From: Octopus bimaculoides
Taxonomy: Eukaryota
Direction: 5' to 3'
Assembly (NCBI RefSeq): GCF_001194135.2
Contig: NC_069000.1
Span: 8,428,688-8,492,687, forward strand
DNA: 64,000 nt
Within the stretch, counting starts at the first letter, position 1, and every line of letters starts with the position of its first letter. Below, in pieces: positions 38,536 to 49,330 of this stretch. The notes beneath the pieces are model-generated. The model was not told the DNA's origin and did not search any database. It was given only the letters and a program-made list of their open reading frames with translations. Both the position numbers and the translations under genes were made by a program.

Positions 38536-40801
38536 ACTATTTATTTAATGCATGGTGATCGCATATAAGCTTATAAAATATTATTATTGTTATTTACAGA
38601 AGTGTAATATCGGCATCGCTTACCAAATAATCGCAGATATATATATATATTAGCCTTTGCTTTCATAGTTCTATCTTCAGCACTATCATGATGTCATCTT
38701 GCATCACCCACAGATCCAAACAATAACCCATAGTTTCCCCTCTGCTGTAAAGGTCCTATATCTTGCACCTCTTTTCTGTCATAACCATCAACTAGAATTT
38801 CTCTTAACCTATGACTGGGCCAAGGGTTCTTTCTAGCTTCCATGTCTTCTATCTCCAGAGAGATTTGCATCTCCCAGCTCATCCAGATATTATGAAGTCA
38901 CAAACCACTAATCTATGCCATGTGACAAATTCTTTGCCTTCGAAAGACTTAGCATTTACATGCTGTCAATCCCATTCCTTAATGAGAATAATGTCTTCCT
39001 GGCTACTGTATTCACCTGACTGCTAAAATGAAGTGCTGGCTACTTTGTTTGCATCATAAAAAGGTTAAGTCACATCCTTCATACTCTATATATATATATA
39101 TATNNNNNNNNNNNNNNNNNNNNNNNNNNNNNNNNNNNNNNNNNNNNNNNNNNNNNNNNNNNNNNNNNNNNNNNNNNNNNNNNNNNNNNNNNNNNNNNNN
39201 NNNNNNNNNNNNNNNNNNNNNNNNNNNNNNNNNNNNNNNNNNNNNNNNNNNNNNNNNNNNNNNNNNNNNNNNNNNNNNNNNNNNNNNNNNNNNNNNNNNN
39301 NNNNNNNNNNNNNNNNNNNNNNNNNNNNNNNNNNNNNNNNNNNNNNNNNNNNNNNNNNNNNNNNNNNNNNNNNNNNNNNNNNNNNNNNNNNNNNNNNNNN
39401 NNNNNNNNNNNNNNNNNNNNNNNNNNNNNNNNNNNNNNNNNNNNNNNNNNNNNNNNNNNNNNNNNNNNNNNNNNNNNNNNNNNNNNNNNNNNNNNNNNNT
39501 ATATATATATATATATATACACATATGCATGCATACATACATACAGTGAAGCTTTACTATAGCGTCGTATATTATCGACTGCTATTTCCAGTAAATATTG
39601 GTGCATTGTTGTGCCACTATTCTATATATATATATATATATATATACACACGCACACACATACATTCTTTATACCACACGCACATCTATATAACTGCGTT
39701 TATGTATACATATAACTGTGCGTGTGTGCGAGCGTGTATGTACTTAGTGCACTCGCGTATAAGTGGACTCGACACATATGCGGTACTTTCGCCTACTTAA
39801 TTACTTCGCAGTTTATGTATATGTGTATATATATATATATGGGTTAACTAAAAAAAAAACATAGAATTATTATAATTTACGAAGGAAAAGACAAACGATA
39901 TCAGCTTGTAATGAAAATTTATCTTTAGTTAAAAGCAAAAAGTCTGCACAGTTTCAATCGATAGTTATATAGAAACAACTATATCGTTCTCGGGTATTTT
40001 ATTCCCTTAATAAATCCATATACACCGTACATATTTATTGTATTGGGTCCTACACGACACTCCTCAGTTTTCATTCGTGTATTACACAAAAACGTGTGTG
40101 TGTGTGTGTGTGATCTCAAACACACTACATCTGATTCCTTTCACACTTTTTTTCTTTCTCGGTTTATTTGTGTTCAGTCAATCATGCATGCCACACTAAC
40201 ATCACACATCCAACGATGTGTGCTAGCCTCATCTCTTTCTAGCTTCTACACACACTCCACACCATTCAACGCCAATATTTCACTACAATTGCAATAATGC
40301 ACTTTGTACACTCGTTATCATTATAACCTGCCTTTCGTTTGGGGATCGAGAAATCCCGTTGCTGCTAACAGAAGTAAACAGCTCTTTGAACTTTCGGAAC
40401 CCCCATTCTTACTCAGGCTTACAATTGCTTTCGGAATATTCTCCTCTCCTCTTCTGCTAATTCGGTTACCAAGGCAACGGAAGCAGTCAAGAATTATCAC
40501 CATAAGTGCTCTTACAGAGACAACTACTACTCCCGTCTCCCCTGTTATAACACGAAGTCTTTTTGTGTCAGCATGCCTGCGACTTCACTGCATCCGTTCT
40601 TGTACACCATACAGTGCACGCTTTTGGGTACACTGAAATGGAAGTGCTTCTCAAAGTGGGCGATGGAAAATTGGATTTGGGCACTGGGGAACAAAAGGGG
40701 CCGTTGGGATTACAGATGCATCTGTACAGTTTTTTTCCTTTAGTCTTTGACGTCTATTTAGATATTAATCTTTAAAAGACATACATACATACATACATAC
40801 A

Positions 40802-40886
40802 GGCGAAGGTAAAGAATACGCACACCCGATGCTTAGGGTTAGGGTTATGCCGGAAACGGGTGGCGTGCGTATTCTTTACCTCCGCC
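40802..40886. mobile_element. Small palindromic element with (TTAGGG)2TTA in its loop
   Basis: Arms 40802-40828 and 40857-40886 differ by one mismatch and a 3-nt indel. (CATA)n tracts beginning GACATACATAC lie on both sides. Confidence 0.6.
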
Positions 40887-41900
40887 GACATACATACACG
40901 CACACATAAACATAAGCAATTCAAATGGGAAAATAATTTTAAGAAATAAAAAAAAATTTATGAAAATGCTGAACAAACATTTCTACTTCTCATAGTTTCT
41001 CCGAAAAGTTACCTGTAATATTGTGATAACCTCAATTACAACAATAACAGTAATACTTGTAATGGACATTGAAATGCGAATAAGTATATACAATAAAAAA
41101 ACAAATAAGTACCACCTATGCTTAGAGCAGGGTGGTGCCAAGTGGTCTTGTATATTATACGGGGTTGTTGAAGTAAAAGGACAAAGGTGTGAGGAAAAAG
41201 AAAAGGGACAATGTTGAGGAAAAAGTTTAAGGAACAATGTTGTACTGCATTCTTAGCTACACCTTTCTGCACATCAACCTAAGTCGCTTCGAAGACGGAA
41301 ATAAAATTGTCTTCTTTCTTAGAAAAAGTTTTGTGTTTGATAAGCTTTCTAACAGACCTTTCAATTATTAGGTTGTGCTTCCTTCCACACCTAGAAATTC
41401 TCTAATTCAACCACACCTGAGCACTACCATACAACAATTGCATCATTATATGAAATAGACATAAACACATATATAAACAAACACACTTAGTGAGGGAGGG
41501 TACAAATCTTATATTATATCAATGTTTCCTGCTAAAAAAAAAATCAAAACAAACTTGATTTTGTGAAGGAAACAGACTTGAGATGATTGATAACGAATAG
41601 AAATTACAGATAATCAATGAATGAATGGTGAAAACAGAAATAAGTAAATAAATCAATAGGAGGTGGGGGGTTGAAAAAAAAACAGTGGCCGAAGAGTCGA
41701 GAACAAGAGAAATGGAGGTGAACATAAAGAATTACAGCCACGAATAAATATTATACACACATCCACACATATATATATACAAACACACAGAAGTGTGTGT
41801 GTGTGTGTATGTATGTATGTATAATGAGACAGTGTAGTTCAATGTTCCCTAATGACAATGATAATAATCATGATGATAATATATAGGTTGATTGACTTAC

Positions 41901-41973
41901 CTATAAGTAGAGTTAACGGTAAGATAAACCTGAATAAGGAGTAAGCAAGAAATCTGGTGATCTTTGCAGCCAT
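41901..41973 (-). CDS. Piezo: Piezo coding exon 1 (MAAKITRFLAYSLFRFILPLTLLI + phase-1 G)
   Basis: ATG at 41973 in GCCATCATGG context. 73 nt ending ATAG|GTAAGT. The LFRFILPLTLL stretch resembles the Piezo N-terminus (human PIEZO1 LYWLLLPCALL, from memory). It joins exon 2 in frame. Confidence 0.92.
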
Positions 41974-42689
41974 GATGGCAGTGTGAGATGGTGAGACCGG
42001 CTGAAGAACCACATCTACTACAGACGGCAGGACGGGAACATTGTTACTGATTTATAATAATAATAATAATGATGATGCTGGTGATGGTGATGGTGGTGGT
42101 GATGAGATAAACAGCAGCAGTAGTCTTGACGATGAAGAGAAGAAATGCTGAAGATGAACAATTCGTAGGGTTGACGCTAAATGTTTTCTAGGTGTTTATG
42201 TTTATGTGTGTCTGTGTGTACTTAATGTAAGGATAGATAGATAGATAGATAGGTAGGTAGGTAGGTAGATAAGGAAACTGACAGACGTGTACGTGTGTAC
42301 TAAAGTAAAGATATATGTGTGTGTGTGTATGTATGTATGTGTGTGTGTATGTGTGTCTTGTGGTTTATGTGTGTGAATAATGTGTGGTTTATGTGTGTGG
42401 TTTATGTGTGTGAATAATGTGTGGTCTTGTGTGGTTTATGTGTCTCCGGAGAGTCTTTTTCAGATAAAAGTGAAAGATATGAAAGCTGTTATAACATTGT
42501 TCTTGCTAGGTTAGTTAATGGTTCATCCGATTTCAATGTAAACTCCAACACTTTTTGTAATCTGTCCCTGTAATATCCCCTCATCCGTCGCTTTTCTGGC
42601 AACAATAGTAATGCAAAAATTATTATTACTATTATTATTATTATTATTATTACTATTATTATTATTATTATTATTGGGTGTAGTAATAA

Positions 42690-42780
42690 TACTGCCGTTA
42701 TCTTTACACGCACGCCTGTTATATATAGAAACTAAAAGCGAAAAACATCTGTGTCGGCGGCCGGTGAGTGAGCGACCAAT
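42690..42780 (-). promoter_or_regulatory. Candidate Piezo core promoter
   Basis: Minus-strand TATATAA at 42725-42719 and Inr-like GCAGT with its A at 42693. GC-rich CGGCGGCCGG near 42755 and a reverse CCAAT near 42775. CpG is locally elevated. Motif reading only. Confidence 0.3.
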
Positions 42781-43308
42781 AACAGGGAGAGTGATGATGC
42801 TGGTGGTGGTCGTGGAGGTAGACTTATAGACGGAGTGTTGGGAGGAGGAAGAGTGAGCACGAAGTAGTCGTAGTATGAGAGAAGGCTTGAGTGATGGTGT
42901 GAGTACGAGGAAAGAAAAGTGTGTGTGGATGTGAATGTGTATGAGTGTGTGTATATATATATATGTGGATGTAGACGTGTCTGTGTGTGTATGTAATAGT
43001 AGTGGGACAAAGGAGCTTAACTTGGCAGAGTGAGTGAGTGAAAGAGATGTGCGGCCAGAGTAGTGTTAAATGTGTCTGTCTGCAGTTAATGTTGTGGTAG
43101 TGGGAGTGAGTGATGGGGNNNNNNNNNNNNNNNNNNNNNNNNNNNNNNNNNNNNNNNNNNNNNNNNNNNNNNNNNNNNNNNNNNNNNNNNNNNNNNNNNN
43201 NNNNNNNNNNNNNNNNNNNNNNNNNNNNNNNNNNNNNNNNNNNNNNNNNNNNNNNNNNNNNNNNNNNNNNNNNNNNNNNNNNNNNNNNNNNNNNNNNNNN
43301 NNNNNNNN

Positions 43309-43490
43309 AAATGCTCAGCGGTATTTCGCCTGCCGTTACGTTCTGAGTTCAAATTCCGCCCAGGTCGACTTTGCCTTTCATCCTTTCGGGGGTCGATAAA
43401 TTAAGTACCAATTGCGTACTGGGGTCGATCTAATCTACTTGCCTCCTCCCACAAAATTTCGGGCCTTGTGCCTAGAGCAGAAGAGAATAT
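43309..43490 (+). mobile_element. SINE family B, CpG-intact (apparently young) copy upstream of Piezo; 5' end in the gap
   Basis: ATGCTCAGCGGTATTTCGCCTGCCGTTACGTTCTGAGTTCAAATTCCGCCCAGGTCGACTTTGCCTTTCATCC. Confidence 0.85.
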
Positions 43491-44106
43491 TTGATTGAGA
43501 AGTGGCAACAATATATATATATATAAATATATCTTTAGCAACTCACAATAATGACTTTTATTACTTTTATTCCTACCTCAGTTCATCTAATTGTATATAT
43601 CTATCGTTACTTTTCATAAAAAGCCTTTACTTTTGATTTCCAATGTGCATTTTCGTTTATTTTTCTTCTTACTTTCCCCCTATAAATATATATACATATA
43701 TGCATATCTTTTATCTGTAATTGGTTTCACCCAAAAACGGGGGCTATTGGAGCACCGCCTTTCAGTGTGCTTCAGTTTCATCCCTGTATTGTTTTACATG
43801 AAGTAGCAAGTTGGGTGGAGCCGCTCTTACTTATGCCTCCAGCTGCTAAGTGGGTTCATCTGAGATTTCAGATAGAAATTTGTCCAGACTTCCACATCTA
43901 CACGTCGCTAATCTCTGGGGTTGTTTTGGTAGGATGCTGAACAGTTGTGGACCCTGAAACCCAAGCTGTTAAAGTACTGTGTGGGCCCTTATTTGAGATG
44001 GAGAAGATGAGATCTTTGGTATCATGCAGTGTTGTCCAGTTCAGTGGTTGATATAGTTTTCAATTCCAGAGTTGGGAGCTACACCTTCCAGGATTATCCA
44101 TACATA

Positions 44107-44275
44107 TAGGCGCAGGAGTGACTGTGTGGTAAGTAGCTTGCTTACCAACCACATGGTTCTGGGTTCAGTCCCACTGTGTGGCACTTTAGGCAAGTGTCTT
44201 CTACTATAGCTTCGGGCCAACCAAAGCCTTGTGAGTGGATTTGGTAGACGGAAACTGAAAGAAGCCCATCGTGTA
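44107..44275 (+). mobile_element. SINE family A copy
   Basis: GGCGCAGGAGTGACTGTGTGGTAAGTAGCTTGCTTACCAACCACATGGTTCTGGGTTCAGTCCC...GAAAGAAGCCCATCG. Confidence 0.9.
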
Positions 44276-44532
44276 TATGTATATATATGTGTGTGTGTGA
44301 GTGGCGTGGCTCAATGTGTACGCCTAGGAACCAACAGGCAAAAGAGGCCTGCTTGACCGCCAGGGGTCACTACAACTTACTTCGATGTGTCTTCCTAAGG
44401 TCAGTGAATCGCCAGAAGTCTCAGTCCCTTGTCATCTCCGAAGATCATTTCTCACCACTTCGTTCCACATCTTCCTTGGTCTACCACTTCCACATGTTCC
44501 TTCCACAATTAGAGATCGACACATCTTTATGA

Positions 44533-44680
44533 AGCATGTAAAAGTGCCCATGTGGTGCAATGTAAAAGCCCCATGTGGTGCCATGTAAAAGAATCCATGT
44601 GGTGCCATGTACAAGAACCCATGTGGTGCCATGTAAAAGCACCCATGTGGTGCCATGTAAAAGTGCCCATGTGGTACCAT
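44533..44680 (+). repeat. About 24-bp array (CATGTGGTGCCATGTAAAAGCACC)n, about 6 copies, abutting an RTE 3' coding fragment (44380-44530, minus)
   Basis: The repeated unit is visible directly. Track ORF 44432..44761 ends VEGTCGSGRPRKMWNEVVRNDL, an RTE C-terminal motif. Confidence 0.85.
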
Positions 44681-46779
44681 AATGATGATGATGATGAACT
44701 CTTCTAGGAATAGTAGGTGGAGAGAATGACAGGATGGATATGTCTTACTGAGCACGGACACTATTACGATCAGTCATTATAATTCAAAAACAGCATTTAA
44801 TTAAGATTAGTAAAGAAAGGCAATATTTAATTAATAACTGGTGTTGATTACAACATAATGCTGACATGGAAACAAAAGCTTTCATATTTTGAATTTAGGA
44901 AACAATGCAAACAATAGCATCCAGCAGATGGTGGTGGTGGTGATGGTGGTGGGGNNNNNNNNNNNNNNNNNNNNNNNNNNNNNNNNNNNNNNNNNNNNNN
45001 NNNNNNNNNNNNNNNNNNNNNNNNNNNNNNNNNNNNNNNNNNNNNNNNNNNNNNNNNNNNNNNNNNNNNNNNNNNNNNNNNNNNNNNNNNNNNNNNNNNN
45101 NNNNNNNNNNNNNNNNNNNNNNNNNNNNNNNNNNNNNNNNNNNGGTGGTGGCGGTGGTGGTGGTGGTGGTGGTTGTCATGTTTGTGTATATTGTAATTAT
45201 GTGCAAGTGCTGACGAACCTTTATCCTTCACTTGATGCAGGCATTCGACTGCAGCCATTGTTGCTGCATAACCTTCAAAGGGGTTTTTAGTTTGAAAGAG
45301 GTTTTTAGGAAAGTCCAAAAGAAGGGAAGATGGAGGAGGAAAATCGCCAACGATACACATGTGGTTTATATCTATGTGTATGTGTGTCTTTGTGTCCATG
45401 TTTGTTCCCCACTACCACATGACAACTGGTGTTAGTGTGTTTACGTCTCTGTAAATTCGTAGTAAGAGAGACCAATAGAATAAGTGTTAGGCTTTGAAAA
45501 ATAAGTCCTGAGGTTGATTTATTCAAATAAAACCCTTCAAAGTGGGACCTCAGGATGGCCGCACTCGAATAACTGAAACAAGTAAAAGAAAATGTATACA
45601 ATGCTCCAGCTTGGTTGCTATTTAATGACTGAAAACAGTAAAAGAATAAAGTATACGACATTAAAAAGTGAACCTCACAAATCTTCCTTTACGAAGACAC
45701 ACCTAGAAAAATAAATGCAGCATCAAATATTTGACACAAAAAACTTGTCATAAAGAGATGCAGTGGAATTGTGTTATTAACTAGGTCACAGCTGGTGCAA
45801 AGGAAATTTTGACGCCAAATAATGAATGGTTAAGAGAAGTTAACAGAATGGTTAACATATGCCTTCTATGCTGTAATTGTTTTAGTGTCACACGTGGTCT
45901 CAGATCAAATCGTTTGCTTGGCAAGTACATCTCCTAAATATAAAATTGTATTTTTGTAAAAATGTGAGGTGGGGGGGGGTTAATTTTTTTTTTTTTTAAA
46001 TTTTGGCGACATTATAAAAAAAATTTGCATTATTAGATGGAAAGGGTTCTAGAAGTTATTTCTTCTGCTGGTGCTGAGAGAATTCTCTTTCCAAATAAAG
46101 ACGAACTGTATGATGATTTTTGTATGAGGTCCAAAATTACATGGTGGAAAAACAAGCAATGAATGCAGAAGGTAAGCAAAGGCTGGGAATAAGTGGGACA
46201 AGCATGCTTTATTTGATATGTAATGCTAATAACTTGCATGAATGCTAGCGTAAATAAACCAAGAAACACTGGGTGTGACATGAATCAGCTGTAATGCATG
46301 ACAGTAGAACTCAACACTGTCATCTGATACGTCTGATCATGTTAAACTGTCCAAGCCATGCCGCAGAGAAAACACATATAAAAGTGATTATGATGATGAA
46401 TGTTGTTATTATAATGCTTTTACATAATATTTTGCATAATATATTATTTATCTGGATTTGTCCATGCCTGAGATGTGGCCTGCCCATTTGAGCTATCTGA
46501 AGTACTTAAAAGACCAGCTGAAATGCCAGCTTACCTAGCAGGGTTAGGCCCCACATAGTGGAACACCATTGTGAGACGGCATCCAGTCCACTGCATGCAT
46601 CTTTAAGAAGGCTAGAGCAACTGCAGTGGATGCGAAATGCCAAAGCTTACATATATTCCCCAAGTGTGCCAGAACCTGTCATTCAAGGATCGGTCTCCAT
46701 AATCACTTAAGAGCTAAAAATTCTTCCACATGATCTCCATACATAGAGCTGCTGTCATAATATCTATACCTTATAGTAT

Positions 46780-47420
46780 TATATTTTGTAATTTTAATAG
46801 CTTGTATTTTATAAGGTTTTATGCTTATTTCTTCTATTCATCTGTTCAAATCTTTAAGGATAGTTCCTAATGCACCTATAACGACAGGGATACATTTTAT
46901 CTGCACTTTGCATAGCCTCTGTAACTCAATGGCTAGGTCTTGGTACTTCGTTAATTTTTCTATACCTCTCATATTAAATTTCTCATCATTTGGGATGGTA
47001 AAATCAATTGCCTGGAACTTTCTATTCTCTTTGTCTACTACTACTAAATCAGGCCTTCTAGTTTTTATTACTCTGTCAGTCAGAATGTTAAAATCTCACA
47101 ATATCTAATATTTCTTACTTTCTAGCACTTTACTAGGTTCATGTTCATACCACTTATCAATATGGCCAAATCTTAGCTTTCTACATAACTCCCTGTGGAT
47201 TATTCTCCCTGGATAGTCATGTCTTTTCTTGTATTCTTTTTGTGCCAGCATACTACATTCACTAACTATATGAGCAACACTTTCCTCCATTGATTTACAT
47301 AATCTACATTAGGAATCTATCTTATCTTTGTCTACCTTGGCTTTTATCCAATTAGTCCTCAATACTTGAATTATTCTGCTACTACAGTATTCTTTCATCG
47401 AATGACATCTTCCATTCCAG
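46780..47420 (-). mobile_element. R4/Dong-clade non-LTR retrotransposon C-terminus (CCHC knuckle + restriction-like endonuclease)
   Basis: CRLCKSMEESVAHIVSECSMLAQKEYKKRHD, then ...ILTDRVIKTRRPDLVVVDK...IDFTIP...KLTKYQDLAIEL...IPVVIGALGT. Confidence 0.88.
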
Positions 47421-49049
47421 CTTTCTGAACGGAGTCGATATTAGACATGAGACCACGACTATTTAAATATTCTTATGATGTCTGCCTTTGAACTTGAACT
47501 TTGGAGTAAACAGGACTCATGTAAGACAAGGTTGTTGAACCCTGAAGCAATGACTAAAGTTACTACCCACTTTAACAGCATCCACCAGAACTACAAGATG
47601 CTTGAAATTCTAGGGGCATATGAAACACTCGTCAAGCCTTTAGCATTTAAGCTGACCATATCTGGCCCATATATTCTACCTGTTTTATGTCAAAACCAGC
47701 CAGATCTGGTCTCTCATACCTACCCTACAATGTCATTCTAAAAATCTACAGTCACATCATTCAAAATCTTGAAGCCATGAGATAATGCAGGATTAATTCA
47801 AAACAACGCGAGTAAATAAATATTACATTTGACTGAGTATTCTGAATGATAAATAGTTAAAAGTGTAAAAGTAATGGCTGTTACGTATGATAACATCACA
47901 GCAAAAGATAAGAGCCCAGATGGTGATACAGCATATTATGAAATACTACCAATCAATCAATAAACTGGCAACATTTTGTTTGTGGTTACATTAGATTATG
48001 CTTTTGAGGACAGCTGTTGAAAGATATGAAAATCTGGAATTCCCTCTGAGACCAAACGTTAGATAAAGATATCTATTCTGTACTATCATAGATATTGATT
48101 AGACAGATGCCAAAGCATCTGATACAGGTGTGACCATCAGGTGTGGGCATGGCTGTGCAGTAAGACGCTTGCATCCCAACCACATGATCTTGGATTCAGT
48201 CCCATTGTGTGGAAATTTGGGCAAGTGTCAATCCAAAAGAGTTTTTCAACCTAATATTCATATCCTATTATTAGCTTTATGTGTACATCAAGATCTAATT
48301 CCAAACAGGTTTCATTCTTCCATTCAGGGCTCATTTTTCCCTTAAGAGTTCTGTTATAATCCTTTAAATGTTGGATTAAGATTACGCCCACTTTGGTATA
48401 CAGTATATTGATTACAAAGATCTTTAGTCCAGCAATAACATTCCTAAAATCAGTAGCAGCTGTAAGGACATGAAGTTAAACTAAACATCATATCTCAGTC
48501 TACACACACACACACACACACACACATGCACACACTCACATGCATACACACTCATTCATTTTGTTGAATGTACCTTTGCATATAGCTTGTACGGCCCTCA
48601 CAAGCCATTCATCGACACCTAGTTTCCTTAGAGACCACCTAGACTACAATATATGTGGTGCCACTTGTCAACGACAATCTTCAAGTGCAGCTGTGGTAAT
48701 GTAAAAATTAGTTTTAGAAATAAACGAATCGTTCAAATGATAAAATAAATTTATTATTGAACGAAGTAAGGGAAATAACTTTAGTGAAACTGTAAACGTA
48801 TATGAGTTATTTCCCATTAAATTTTATCCATTATTTTATTGGAAAATGGTCTAAATTTTATGGTTTTTGTGTATGCATCCACTGTCAAAAAACTTGAATA
48901 AAAAACATTTTAAGTTTGGTTTTGTTTCAGATTAAACATTTTTCAGATTTAACTTTTCATATACATAAAACTTGGATTGGTTTCGGCCATTATCGGCTCA
49001 GGTCGTGACTAACTCAATAGCACCACCTGGAGAAGCCTTTTATTTAATT

Positions 49050-49330
49050 ATTTCGGGACACCATGGACCACTCAAGCAGAGAGTTGTTGTTGGTTGAGAC
49101 GTACTTAAGTGTAGGTGGTTTATCCGGTACTTCCTGGAGGAATTTGTCCAGGTATTGTTTGAAAGTTGTGGGGTCTTTTCCTACTTTAATTTATTTCGGG
49201 ATAACATTGAAAAGAGCAGGACCATTTGCAGTGAAGAAATCGTGTCGCAATATTCTTATGTGATCTAATCTTGACCTTTGCAGGGGTCGCATTACACGGA
49301 GGTCTAGTCTTTTGCAACCAACATAAACAA
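49050..49330 (-). mobile_element. CR1/L2-group LINE 3' fragment (second copy 56960-57260, plus strand)
   Basis: GPALFNVIPK...PTTFKQYLDKFLQEVPDKP...NNNSLLEW. The homologous copy reads LFNII...NFK*YLDKLLQGISDKP. Confidence 0.7.

Noticed and set aside
40304-40636. 110-aa plus-strand ORF
   Set aside because: Starts at TTG, has no recognisable domain or splice support, and lies antisense within Piezo intron 1.
41013-41069. Alternative Piezo first exon MSITSITVIVVIEVITILQ with donor CAG|GTAACT
   Set aside because: It ends in phase 0 while exon 2 needs phase 1, and it has no Piezo similarity.
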